Positions 27,066 to 39,701 of a DNA stretch of 64,000 nucleotides are shown one piece after another. Origin of the DNA: Cenococcum geophilum (Eukaryota); contig CP158635.1 in NCBI GenBank assembly GCA_050273025.1, forward strand, positions 30,752,001 through 30,816,000. The letters run 5' to 3'. The translations under genes were made by a program, and so were the position numbers. The notes beneath the pieces were generated by a model that was given only the letters and a program-made list of their open reading frames with translations, did not search any database and was not told the DNA's origin. Position 1 is the stretch's first letter; each line of letters opens with the position of its first letter.

Positions 27066-29498
27066 TATTGCTAGGGTATACGGTAGGGAGTAGGCAAGCC
27101 GAGCATAAGTTACATAGGGAGTCGATGGAAGAGGACGATATGGTAATAAGGGTAGGTAATAGCCTTATACGGAGACGAACTAATAGGGGAGGAAGGAGGC
27201 TGTAAGCCCGAGGAGCTTATAAGGGGTAGCCAAGGCCTAGCTAAAGGCTAGCCTTGGCAGCCCCTAAGAGCTTTTAGGATATAGCCGAGTAAGGGACTAA
27301 AAGTACCCTTACATTGCCCCCCCCTTGGTTAGGGCTAGCCCCTAGCCCGTATTCTAATAGATTAATTTTATATATAGAAAGGTAAGTAGTGTAGAAGCCT
27401 TGCTTATATAGGGGAATAAAGAAATAGAAGAAAAGGACTAGCTAAGCAGCCTTAATAAAAACCTTAACCTATAGCCAAAACCCAGTAGGAAAAGGGCCTA
27501 TTTTAGGTAGGAAAAGAGCGCCTGCTAGTGGGGTAAGACTTGATCGTATACGATCAGTCTTAGAGACAATCGCCTACGATTAAGTTTCGACAGCTCTATA
27601 ACAGCTAGAGTCTCTACTTAAAGCCGGCTTAATCGCAAGAATATCCCTTATATTACCCCCCCCCTTCTTGCGGTCAGCCCACTCTATTACCTTGCGGTAG
27701 CGGGAGATTATAGAGGACTCGTCCTAGAAGGGGTTCGGAGAGATATTAGTATTTAACCGTAATAGGATCTTGCGAGCTTTTAAAGTAAGCTAGAGCTCTT
27801 AGAGCAACTAAAGCTTTTATAGAGATAACCGCGTAGGATCTTTAAGCTGCTGCTATTCTCTTAGGCAAGCTATAGCTCTTAATACAAGCTGGAGCTCTTA
27901 AAGTGACTAAAGCCTTGTAGAGAGATCGCGTACGATCTTTAAGCCGTAGCTCTTAAAGCTATAGCTATAGCTTAAGGATGGTATTTAACCGTAATAGGAT
28001 CTTATAAGCTAAGCTTGTAACTTTAGAAGAGACAATCGCCTGCGATTTAGTCTTAGTAGCCCTCAGGCTAACAGCCGGAGAGTCTCCGGGTCGGGCCGTA
28101 GCCCTTAGACGAGCCGTAGCTCTAAGACAAGCCGTAGCTCTAAGACGAGCCGTAGCTCTAAGAGACAATCGCCTTGCGATTAGGTCTCGGCAACCCTTAG
28201 GCTAACAGCCGGAGAGTCTCCAGGTCAGGCCGTAGCCCTTAAGCGATCGCGAACAATTTAAGAGCCGTAGCTCTTAAGGTAAGCAGTAGCTTGCGAGACC
28301 ACCTATAATCTCAATAAGCCGTAGCTCTTAGACGAGCCTTAGCTCTTAAGGTAAGCCGTAGCTTAATAAGAAATAACCGCCTACGGTCTAGTCTTGGCAG
28401 CCCCTAGGCTGACAGCCAAAGAGTCTCCGGGTCGGGCCGTAGCCCTTAAGCGATCTTATAGGATCTTTGAGCTATAGCTTAAGGTGAGCCGTAGCTCTAA
28501 GAGACAATCGCCCTACGATTAGGTCTCGGCAGCTCTATAGCTAATTGGGTAGTAGCCCTTAATTGCATTTAATCTGGAAGAGAGGGTAGTAGCTATAGCT
28601 TTAAAAACTAGCCGTTAGTTCTTTAGATAGCCATTAAATAGCAATCAGATAGCCTCTAGGGTAGCTGCATCTCTTTAAGGACGTTTAACCTTCTAATCTC
28701 TCTTGGTGGGACCTCTGTAGTAAGTAAACCGCGGTTAGCTATAGAGTGTTTACAAGCTTAATTGCGTAGAATCCCCCTTAACTCCTGCTAGAAAGCTTTT
28801 AGATAGCAATTAAATTGCCTTCAGGTCGCCGTCGGGGTAGAGCTGCACTGCTGCACTGTCGATTGTATGCGTATACCAATCGCGTTAAGAGATGATCGCG
28901 TACGATCCGGATAGCCCCTAACCCTTGGCTAGGTAGCTACTGTCTCCCTTATCTCCTAATCCGTATCTACTACCGTAATATGCGGATACGATCTACTAGA
29001 CGTCTTACTAGTGTAACTGATTTGCAGCATACGCGATCGTCCTAGGTAAAGGTAGAGGACCTAATCCGTATTCCAATACCGTTATACAGATGCGATCTGC
29101 TAGGCGTCTACTGGTGTACCTACTATGTTATAGTGAACGCGATCATCCTAGGTAAAAATGGAGGATCGTGATTTTACTTAAGGGCGCAGCCCTTGGCTTG
29201 CTGTAGGCTACTACCCACAAGGGTATAGGATCGGTTCAAATGTAAGGCAGTATTGCTAGGGTGTATAGTAGGAAGCAGGTAAGCCGAGTATGAGTTATAT
29301 AGGGAGTTAATAGAAGAGGACGATATGGTAATAAGAATAGGCAATAGCCTTGTACGGAGACAAACCGATAGGGGAGGAAGGAGGCCGTAAGCCCGAGGAG
29401 CTTATAAGGGGTGGCCAAGGCCTAGCCGAAGGCTAGCTTTGGTAGCCCCTAAGAGCTTCCAGGATATAGCTAAGTAAGGGACTAAAAGTACCCTTATA
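27066..29498 (-). mobile_element. Non-autonomous, non-coding LTR retroelement (TRIM/LARD-like) with internal tandem repeats
   Basis: LTRs 27066-27313 (first ~10 bp missing) and 29241-29498 (TGTAAGG..CCTTATA); poly-C at 27317 = minus-strand PPT; ~1.9 kb interior lacks gag/pol motifs; no TSD. Confidence 0.85.
27750..28560 (+). repeat. Complex repeat array (18-bp GAGCCGTAGCTCTAAGAC units within larger repeated blocks)
   Basis: Directly visible; AGAGACAATCGCC and ACAGCCGGAGAGTCTCC blocks recur 3-4 times. Confidence 0.85.
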
Positions 29499-30374
29499 TA
29501 TAGAAAGCTAAGAAGATCTATAAATTTGGGGCCTAAAACTAATATAACGTTAGAACGAGAATCTAATAAGGTATCTATCTTTAAATAGGCTATTATTAAA
29601 GTTTAGGGATAAGGTTTTCAAACTATTTATCTTTTACGTATCTAATATAAGAGCGCTTTCTTTTTATACTAAGTCTTACTCTACTACAAATAAGTGACTA
29701 GTTATTAAAAGTGGAAGAATTAATATATACCTAGTATTTAGTATATAACCTAGGTATACGTAGTTTACGGAGTCTAAGTAGGTAGAGTACTCCTTAGGTC
29801 TAGATCCGTATTAAGGCCTAGTAAGTAACTCTCTAATAAAAAAGTATGTGTGCTTTGCGATAGGCCCTACTCTATTAAGAATTAGTAATAAAGTTATTTA
29901 GGATAAAAGAGTTTATTTACTAGTAGCGAGAGTAATTTCTAAAAACTAACGTTTCTAAGATAAGGAATTTAAGGTGCTAACTAAATTAGCCTTATAAAGT
30001 TTTATTATAGCCGCTATTAGTCCTTATAGGCGCAAGGTAGACTTTTACTAACTTTAAAGTTTTAAAAGGAGGCCCTTTAGCGTTATTTTATATAACTTTA
30101 AGATAGGTACTGCTAAGATACATAATAGGAACACTTTAGGTCCTACGCCTAGAAAAACATTTATTAAAAAAGTGCGCGCTTATAGCCTCTTATTGCAACT
30201 TTATTTTAACCACTTTGCTAGGGATACTATATCCTCTTATAGTAAATCGTAACACGATCTAAACGTATTAATTTGGTATAAGAGTAATGGGTATATATTG
30301 TTATTAAATATCGCTCTCTCTTTTTTAAGTTGTTTAATTAACTAGTTATTTAATTTAATAGACTTTAAGGATAT
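29499..30374 (-). pseudogene. Hypothetical protein pseudogene abutting the LTR element
   Basis: De-RIPed frame MSLESIELDDQSIEQLEKER...ARTFLMDVFLGVGPEVFLLCILAVPISKL. Confidence 0.5.
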
Positions 30375-30477
30375 AGTAGAATTAAAGGCAAATAGATAAG
30401 ATTAAAATGGGATAGGAGCTAATAGGAGCGGAGCGGATAAGATAAGGAAAGAATAATACTAAGGTAGGACAAAAATA

Positions 30478-30521
30478 CGACTAGATTAGACTAAACTAGA
30501 CTAGACTAGACTGGACTAGAC
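30478..30521 (+). repeat. (GACTA)n pentanucleotide microsatellite
   Basis: Directly visible, ~8 units. Confidence 0.85.
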
Positions 30522-31136
30522 CGTATAGCAGGAACCCAAGTTTAGACCAATTACGGCTATATCCTAATATAACAATTCCTATCGCTTAACAGCGTACCTA
30601 CTTTATTTTGTACGTATATTTCTCTAGAATCCTTAGCCTAACTTAGTGGCTTAAAGTGCGGAGTAGTATAGGGCTTAGTAATGTCGCTTATGTTTAATAG
30701 GGGCTTATTTAAATCTTCTTTCGTTTAAAAAGCGTATCTAATGCTATATACGTATCTCTTTCCCTTTAATTTATAAAATTTACCTTTACTACCGTATATA
30801 AACCGATGCGGTTATATTAGTTTTGGCGCAACTCTAATAGTAAAAATAAGAATCCCGTATATAAGCCCTCGCGATATCTCCGTAGCGATAGTAAGAATAT
30901 AACCGCAGTATAAGCTCCGCTAAGCTTCTAAATATAGGGCCTAGCTCTATTCCTATAGTTAAGGTAAGATTATATAATATTTACTTGGTCCTTTACTATA
31001 TCGGCACTAATGTTAATATATATAATATGGCGTCTCCTAGGATAAATAGGGGAAAGTATTTACGTAGTATATTGTATTACTAGGTATAAAGAGGGCGGAT
31101 TTTATTTAAGAATTAATACCATCGATTTTCTCTACA

Positions 31137-31226
31137 CTTAGCTCCTTACTCTATATACTTAGCTCTTTACTCTATATACTTAGCTCCTTACTCTATATAC
31201 TTAGCTCCTTACTCTATATACTTAGC
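31137..31226 (+). repeat. 21-bp tandem repeat x4 (CTTAGCTCCTTACTCTATATA) upstream of the AAA gene
   Basis: Directly visible. Confidence 0.9.
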
Positions 31227-31285
31227 TTATTACTAATTTTATACTTTAATTTAGTACTACGTTACTAAAGCTTTATAAAGCAATA

Positions 31286-33775
31286 ATGTCGAACTAGCCT
31301 AAGACTATAAAGCCATATAAGGTGTCTTTAGATATCCCTCCTAGCTATAGAAGTCCGTAAACGCCTCTTTCTAGCCTAGTTATACCGCCCTTAGACCTAG
31401 TTACTATCCTTTACCTTATAGAGCTGCTTAAGGACATATTAAAGGCAGTAAAAGCAATACCTAGCGCTATAGACTCTCCTAAGGCTATTAAGCCTTAAGC
31501 TATAGACAGTTTTTAACCTTAAGAACTAAGAGCCTAAGCTTTAAAGGTAGAGTATAAAATAGTTAATAAAATGTATATCCCTACTAAACCAAAAGTGTAA
31601 CCTTAGCTAATTTGCCATATATAGCTGGGATAATATAACCTTAAAGTATAAGATAGTTAAATCCTCTATAGTACCTTCTAAGGTAGACGCATATAACGAA
31701 TATGTATTTATTATTTATATATATATTAGTAAGCACGAAAATAGCTACTAGATTTATATTACTAATGGTAAAATAATAGATAAGAAGACTAAACGTATAA
31801 TATACCTTATTAACGTTAAGTCTAAAGGCCTATAGGATATACTTAGGTCCGTTCCATAAGGTATAGATAGAACTTTCCTTAAGGAAGATAAACCTACGGT
31901 ATAAAACCCTATTTATTGGGCCCTAGATTGGCTGTTAATTTAAGACTAGGTAGAGCGGAATATATTATACTACTTCTTTCCCGAGCTAAAAGCTTATAAG
32001 GGAGCCCCGGAGAACAGCACCTACCTTAACCTCTTGGTAAACTATATTAGGGATATATATGCCTTAACAAAACAGCGCCTTAAATCGCTACAAGATAGCG
32101 GAGAAATTATATTTAATCCACTTTGGACTCTTTTTAAGTTAAATAAATTGGTATATAGGAAATGCTATAGTACTAAGAAGTATAGATGCACGAGATTTAA
32201 CTTAGGTAAGGTAAAAGAAGACGATAAAGGAGATGAATATTTCCGTATTTAAGGTCGGTATCTAGATTTTAATAGCAAAAAATTTAGTAAGGCTGTAACT
32301 ATAGCTACTATTTAGAAATTCTACGGATTAAAGCCGATATATAGCCTTATATATTTTCCCCTTAAATATTACCCTAACGTAGAGGAGGAGAAGCGAGAAC
32401 TTACTAATAGCGGTTGTAAATTCATTTTATTAATGGGGACGCACCACCAATAGTATAAAGGTGGAGCCTTTTATATAGAGAAAGGAAAGCCCTCTAGATT
32501 ATCTATTAATAGTTGGATTATAGTCAACCCGGTACTTTTTTAAGAGAATAATCTAAACTACGCTAAACCTAGCATTAATAAGTAGCGAAAATACCAAACC
32601 AACGATATTTGGACGATTTATTTTAATAAATTGGCTAAGAAAAAACTTAATAAAGTTAAGAGTAATGGTAAGAAGCCTACTAAGTTAAAATATAAGGACT
32701 TGCTTATTTGCAGCCCGACTATATTAAGGTTTAGTCTTAATAATAAGCTCTAGTATAAGTTCCTAGATTTGCGAGCTAAGAAGACTATAAAGCTAATTTA
32801 ATATCCCGCAGTAGAGTTTGCTGTTAATAATATTAGCGATATTAAGTGGAATGCCCTCTTTTTTTAAAACCTTACTATCCCGGAAGACTAGAAGAAGCTT
32901 ATTTGGGCTCTTATAGTTTCTTATATAAATAGGGCTTAGTTTAATAATTTTGTGCTAGGTAAAGGACGTAGTTTAATTATACTACTATAGTATAAGCTCC
33001 GTTTTGCTTTATACTTAGAGAAAACTAATATAAAGTATTAGTAGTCTTTCTAGAGTTGGAAAGACCTTAACTATAAAAGGACTTTTAAAAGAGCTATAAA
33101 AGCCGCTTTATACGGTATACCCTACTTATTTAAACTGCTACTATTTGCCTAACTCTTTTAGTTATCTAGTGGGGACCTAGCCACTAATATAAAGGAGGTT
33201 AAAATTTAGCTTTTTTACGCTTTCCAGCTAGCTAGCTGTTAGAATACTATACTTTTATTAAATAAAGCTAACGTATTTATAAAGTAACGATTATTGGATT
33301 ATATAGGCAATAACCTAACTTTTTTTTTTAACGGAAACTTAAATACTATAAAGGAATTATAATCCTTACTATTAATTATATAAAAGACTTTAATGATATA
33401 ATACGAAGTAGAATACGTATAGCTATAAAATACCCTCCCTTAGGCGCTGGTATAAGATGGGGCCTTTAGGCTAGTTTCCTAACAAAGGCAGTTATTAGTA
33501 AGGCAAGATTTAGTTATAAAGAGCTTAAGGAATTAGCATGACGGGAGCTTAATAACTAATAGGTAGGAATACTAAAGTTATAGTAGAGAATTTTTATGCT
33601 AAATTATTTATATTTTATAGATAAAAAATACTATAGGAGCAGCCCTTGCCTTAGCGTATAAGGAAAAAAATCGTTATCCTATTAGTATTTGGAAACAGTT
33701 CTGCAACTAGGTAATAAGTTTAACTATAACTATAATGGTTTAGGCCAAGTTAGCAATTTAGACGCTTACTACTAA
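31286..33775 (+). pseudogene. Multi-exon fungal AAA+ ATPase pseudogene
   Basis: GKGRSLIILL / SRVGKTLT (Walker A, ~32960-33075), ILLLNKANVF (Walker B LLLDEADVF, ~33250-33285), KLKYYKGIIILTIN sensor region, ELNN*QIKN lid; several GT..AG introns; ORF 32034..32252 is a surviving piece. Confidence 0.9.
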
Positions 33776-34327
33776 GTATTTCCTACTTTTTAAGACTTCT
33801 AGGCGGCTGCGATTTTAGATATAAAAATAGTTGGGTAGTTATATATTAAATCCCTAGTTATAGGCCTAGGTTCTAACGAATATAACTAGATAACTTAAAG
33901 TACCTACTACCCTCCTAAAACCTCAATTGCGGGTAGCTAGTGTATAAATAGCTCCTATTCCTATACGGGATATAAGCCTATATACTTCCTTACTCCTATA
34001 ATAATAAGGCCTATACGCTAGGCTATAATATAGGCGAATTTAGGAACGGGAGAACGGGAGCTATAGGGTATTGGTTCCCGTAGAGGAGTAGAAGATATAA
34101 GTATTAGTTCCTATAAGGAACTAAAAGCTATAAAAGATTAGTTTCTATAAGGGAGTGGAAGTTATCGCTACTAATTCCTATAGAGGAGTAAAAGCCGTAT
34201 AGGAATAGAAGCTATAGAGTACGGTTTTTATAGGGTAGTAGAAGATATAGTTACTGTATATAGGAACGGAATTTATAGGGGATTTATTTCTATAGGGGAG
34301 TAGAAGAGGTAGCTAATAGTACCTAGA

Positions 34328-34715
34328 GGAACGTTAGTTCCGAAAGGAGTTTAGTACTACCTAAGAAAAAATCAGGTTGCGCTTGTCTTGCCCTTTTATT
34401 AGCCAAATTTGCCTAAAGGAACGTCAGTTTTAAAAGGAGTTGAATACCGCCCGAGAAAAAATTAGGTTGCGCTCGTCTTGCCCTCTTATTAGTTAAATTT
34501 TTTCGCCCTTATTGGTTAAATCTTCTCGCCCTTTTATTAACTAAATCTTCTCGCCCTTTTATTTGTTAAATTTTCTCGCCCTCTTATTTATTAAATCTTC
34601 TTCGCTTTTATTTGTTAAATCTTCTTAGCTTTTATTTATTAAATCTTCTCACGCTCTTATTTATTAAATCTTCTCGCCCTCTTATTCGTCAAATCTTCTC
34701 GCCCTTTTATTAGTT
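34328..34715 (+). repeat. 90-bp tandem duplication followed by a 24/25-bp minisatellite (~9 copies, AAATCTTCTCGCCCTTTTATTNNNN)
   Basis: Directly visible; unit mostly not a multiple of 3. Confidence 0.85.
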
Positions 34716-35589
34716 AGCTTTTTACCTCTTTAGGCTAATTAATGTATTCTCTTTAGAATTTCTTTACGCCGCTAGTATACACTATCTTGTTAACTCCGAT
34801 TAAAAGCACGTATTAATCTTAGTAATTAAACGGCAGAATTTATACCTTTTAAAGTAATAAGCACGGCCATTTTAACGTATTTTACCCACTCTTAGGTATA
34901 AATATATACATTTTAGCTAGTATAATTAATACACGCTTTCAACCGGATACGCTAGGATAGTATAGTCGGTTAGGAGGTATAGGTAGGAGAAGGAATCCTT
35001 AGGTGTATTCGCTTATTAAGATTAGCTTATTATTTGCTTAGGTGTAAACGTCCTATCTCCTTTATAAAGTAGATTGTAGCTTTAACCGCGCTAATGTTTA
35101 GGAAACGCTATAAAACAAGGGTGTAGCCAGTGCGGGTCGGCCGCCCTCCCTACTAGCGGTGGTAACGTGACGTCTAAACTACCGTGGAGCTACTACCTAC
35201 TCTATAGTCTAAGGACGCTTATACGCTAATATATTAAGGCCGTGCTATAACCTACCTAAGTACCTTACCGCCGTATATACTTAAGTACTATATACTAACT
35301 AGAATATATAAATAATAAAGTATTATTCTTACCTTATACCGCGGGCCTTAGAATATCTAATAGGAAGGAAACGTCTTTTATTCTATACGCATTAATACAA
35401 TATTATAGCCATTGCCTATATTTCCTACATATACCGCATTTCTTATACTAAAGAAGAATAGTGCCTGGCGTAAGAGATAGTAATAAAATAGTCTAAGCTA
35501 AGTATATGTTTGAATCCGCTGCCTACTCTATAATATAGCACTAAAGTAACGTCGTATTGTTACTGCTGGCGAAAAAGGAAAGCTAAGTA

Positions 35590-35960
35590 GTATAAGATGG
35601 TTAGCGTGTTAGGCTAGTCTTTCCTAAGCGCCTTTCCTTTCCCCTTTAGTGCCCGCCAGTTTATCTCCTACCGCTTTGTACTTCCCTCTTACTAACCGTT
35701 ATTGCTTTCACTCTTATACTTTTAGCGGCTTTGTAGCTTCCTTTCATCTATATATACCACGCAGCGTTATTTAGAACTTAGAACTACTTCCTTAGTAGTC
35801 CTTAGTTAGCTAGTTCGCGCTTAGTATAGACTTAATATATATAAGCAGCATTTAATACTTCGTCTAGTTCTTAAACCTCTTATTAGGAAATTCTCTTCCT
35901 ATTAATATTAAAGAGATTCTATCCCTATTGCTTAGCTAAGATTAAAACAGACAAGTAGGC
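35590..35960 (-). pseudogene. Fragment of NLR-like (NB-ARC/TPR) gene: post-NB region and first TPR repeats
   Basis: De-RIPed EFPN.RFENWTKCQMLL.H..S / W.QVLNNAAWYMWMKGSYKAA / NWRALKG..KALGKDQPNTLT, typical of fungal NB-ARC-TPR proteins. Confidence 0.65.
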
Positions 35961-37468
35961 GGCCGATTATCTTTATTGTATATAGCTTAGGTAGGATTAT
36001 CATTAAGAGCGCGTAATAGTTATTTTATACTTGTCCCTACGCTTAGCTAACCTATATAGGCGCTTATCTATTTAGATATTACCTAACAATACACCTTAAA
36101 AGAACGTCAATTAATTAGACTACTAATATATGGGTTTATGTTTATGGGTATATCGCACTAAATTAGTAGCGGTATAGCGCTTAGCAAGCTTATAGTTAAT
36201 ATTGCGTTAGTCTTTATAGTGGCTAATAATTAACTACTCCAACACCTTAAGCGAGACTCGGAATGGCTCTAATAGCAGCTTAGATAGTATAGGCCGATTA
36301 GCGGAGAATTTATTAGCGAAGAATTTGTTACTAAGTTTGCCTTTAAGAAGAATAAGATTCTAATAATCCTAGGCTACCGGATTATAGTAAGTTAGGAGAC
36401 TATTAGTATATAGTAGGTACTAATATAACTAAGTTATTCTCCGCGTATCTGTGGTTATACTAGGAGCTACAGATACTAAGCCAATTGTTATACGTGCTAG
36501 TTATATTTACGTAGCTAAATTCAAGTTAAAGTCGGACACTAGATATATAACAGTGTCGCGATAGAATATTAATTAAAGATAATTTAATGGCAGTGTTGTA
36601 TACCTTAATTTTAATAGCCACTAATTATTACTAATAGGCTTCCTATAAACTTATATATACTACTTAAGCAATAACAGCATTTATAGGTTTAATTGGCGTA
36701 TTTATAAGGAAAGTGGATATTAACGACCGGAACCCTCCCTAAGGGAATAGCACTATAAGAGGTATATAGTTAGCGCATTATTTTCTGCTTATAATATTCT
36801 AAACAATTTTAATTTAAGAGGCCTCACTATAAACGAACCTTATTATTATACTATTAGAAGTATTTTAGTCTAAGTTATTAAATAGACTAAATCGGGCATC
36901 GCCCTAATATATAAAAATGACACAGAAATAATAATAAGGCGCGTTAAGTAGTAAATAATGCCTATTACGTAGAGTATATAGATATTAACCAACTTAGGAA
37001 AAAAGTGTTTCTAAGGAAATAAGCCAATCGTAGTAGTATTCCTAAGGTGTTTTGACCCAATCTTTCCTTCTATTATACCTAGAAGTAACTTAAATTACTT
37101 AGGGAACTCCTCTAGGACATTAGAACATTCTTTTCTTTAAATAGTAGCGAGTAGTTTTTATCTTAGGTCCAATTTCTCTTCTAAGTTAAAAATAGTCTTA
37201 TAACGTTTCCTCTTTGGTTTTAGGCTATAACTACTACTTCCTAATTCTAAATTATTACGGATATTCTCTAAGTCTTTATATACTTTAAGTGCTAGCGTAT
37301 AGTCCAAAGCATTCTAAATAAACCTTTTTATTATCCGTAATAAGTTATCTCTAAAGTTTTATAGATTCCTCTACCTTTTAATAAGCTAGGAAAGAGGTAT
37401 ACCTAAGAGAGTAATTAGAGGGAGACCGACTAATACTATAACTGCGATTTTTTATAATATTCTCTCTA

Positions 37469-39701
37469 TCCCTTGCAACGTCAGGGTCCTCAGAGTAGGT
37501 GGCCCGTGCGGGAACACCGTTTTCAAATCTACGCGTGTATCTACATAGAATTCAATTATTAATTACACCACCACCATGCCTTCTAATCGTGCTAGAATCG
37601 ATATAGACCTCGTTCAGAAGACTCAATATAACGTCCCCCTAAATAAGACTGCGAAAATAGCTCCTCCTAAGCCCTAGCCTTTACCTAAATTCAAACCTCT
37701 CCATATTGACGATTGGGACCACTATGGTTTACTAAACCTACCTCCAAACGTTGATATACACGATCCTTTTAGGATATTTAGTCTCTTCTTTACGGATGGG
37801 ATTGTAGATAATCTTGTAAAATAGACAAATAAGTACACGGAGCTCTATCCTCCAGATAAGGAAAAGGAGAACTTACGCGTATGGCAACCAATATGCAGGC
37901 AGGAGCTGTACGCGTACTTTAGGGTGCTTATTTATATAGGACTTACCATAGAATTAGCCATTAAAGACTACTAAAAGGATTTAAACACGCATAGTACTAA
38001 GTATATTGTCAAACAATACATAGGAGTTATTCGATTTTAGTAGCTTAATCGTTACTTTTAAGCCTTACCACTATGGCCGAACTCCGATAAAACACCTAAA
38101 ACTATATTTAACTAAATTAATAAGCTTGCTAAGTATATCCGGCTTACTTATAGGAAGCTCTATACGCCTAGAACTCACCTTGCCGTTAATAAGACGATTT
38201 AACGCTTTATGGGCCATGCGCCTAAAATTATTAATATTCCATCTAAACCTACACCCGAAGGCTTTAAAATATAGGTGTTAGCAAATAAGGGCTATATACT
38301 AGACTTTATATAGTACGCTAAAGGCGATAAGAAGGGCCCAGTTAATTTAGATAAGTCTTTTACTAATAAAGGCTTTTCAAAGACACAGGCAGTAGTGCTT
38401 AACTTACTCCTCTAAAAAGACGCTAAAACAGGAGAACGCCTCTACCCTCCTAAAAAGCATGTTGTTTGGCTTGATAATCTATTTATAAGCGTTAAGCTTC
38501 TTACACGATTACGAGGCCTTAGTATTAGAGCCGCAGGAACCGTTTAAATAACTAAAACACAACGTGAGGAATAGGGGGACCTTAAAGGCAATATTAAGGT
38601 GGCTACAACTATAAAAGGAAAGAAGAAGAAGAAGAAGGTTTTGGCCGAGCAAATTAACCAAACGCTTGTAGAGCTCAAATTAACTTATGCGGCTTAAATA
38701 CCGTGGGGAGAATTGTATGCAGAGGTCTCTAAGGACGGCCAGGTAATAAAGTTTACTTAAAAAAATGCCAATATTATGCTTTTTATAAGTACTATTAATG
38801 ACGGTAAGTTCTCTAATTCAACTTTAAGGCTTAAAATCTGATAACGTTATATATTACCAGGTCACCAAACTAGAATTACTATACAGAAACGTCCTCCCCT
38901 TACTGCTAGCGGCGCCAGACAGACTCGGAAGGTCTTTGGCAATAATTTTAAGAAGCTACTACCTATTCCTACCTTTATATTTTAGTACAATCATTATATA
39001 TGCGGCGTGGATATTGCGGATTAATTACGCTTATATTTTATAACATAGAGGATCTATAGGCAAACTTAGAAGCCTCTATAGCACTTCCTTCTTAATATAG
39101 TAATCGTCAATTGCTTCCTACTGTCTTCCTACCAACCTACCGATCGATACAAATGTTGTAAGAATAGCTACAAGCAATTTCAAATTAACCTCCGTAAAGC
39201 CTTATTCGAACGCTTAATCTAAAAGCAAAAGAATTATATATTTAAACACCCACCTTAACGTTCCATAGATGATATAATATGGGTCCCTACGGCGCAGCAT
39301 TAGCTAATCAAGCTGTTTCCAATGGAGGTTCATTGCTTAGCTTGTATAGAGGCTGGTAGGCGTACTCAGGAGCAGTATATTAAGCGTTAAAAGGCTCTAT
39401 CAGAGCTTTTACCTAATACTACAAGGAAGCCTCGCGATAGTAAGGAATGGGAGAGGCGTGCGCGTCCTCCAAGGACTCATTTTGGCTGCAGTATATGTAA
39501 AATACCGTTCTGCAGGAAGGACGACTGCCGGAGGCCTCATATTAAGCGACTTAATTCCAGAGATTAAGCCTATATTAATTTTATATAGTATATTACAAAT
39601 ATCACCAGCCTTGTATTTCTGAGCACGGGCACCAAATTCTGCTAATCTAATTGGTTGGTTCTTATCGATACCCTAAGGACCCATTTTGACGTTGCAAGGG
39701 A
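37469..39701 (+). mobile_element. piggyBac-superfamily DNA transposon
   Basis: TIRs TCCCTTGCAACGTCA / TGACGTTGCAAGGGA flanked by TA; encloses a piggyBac-type transposase. Confidence 0.92.
37576..39567 (+). pseudogene. piggyBac transposase (one intron ~38803-38860), lightly RIPed
   Basis: HLAV(D)(E)TIQRFMG, IPSKPTPEGFKI, VWLDNLF, YNHY.CGVDIADQLR, C-terminal Cys-rich domain (FGCSICKIPFCRKDDC..PH). Confidence 0.92.

Noticed and set aside
27940..28560. Repeat array resembling CRISPR; ORF 27965..28168 (LRATAR repeats)
   Set aside because: No unique spacers, eukaryotic context, lies inside an LTR element; the ORF is only the translation of the 18-bp repeat
29420..29437. GCC-GAA-GGC hairpin as a Helitron2 terminus
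   Set aside because: Sits mid-LTR in both direct repeats, which have TG..CA-type ends and a PPT; no Rep/helicase nearby
34480..34715. 25-bp repeats as a CRISPR array
   Set aside because: Head-to-tail units without spacers; a minisatellite
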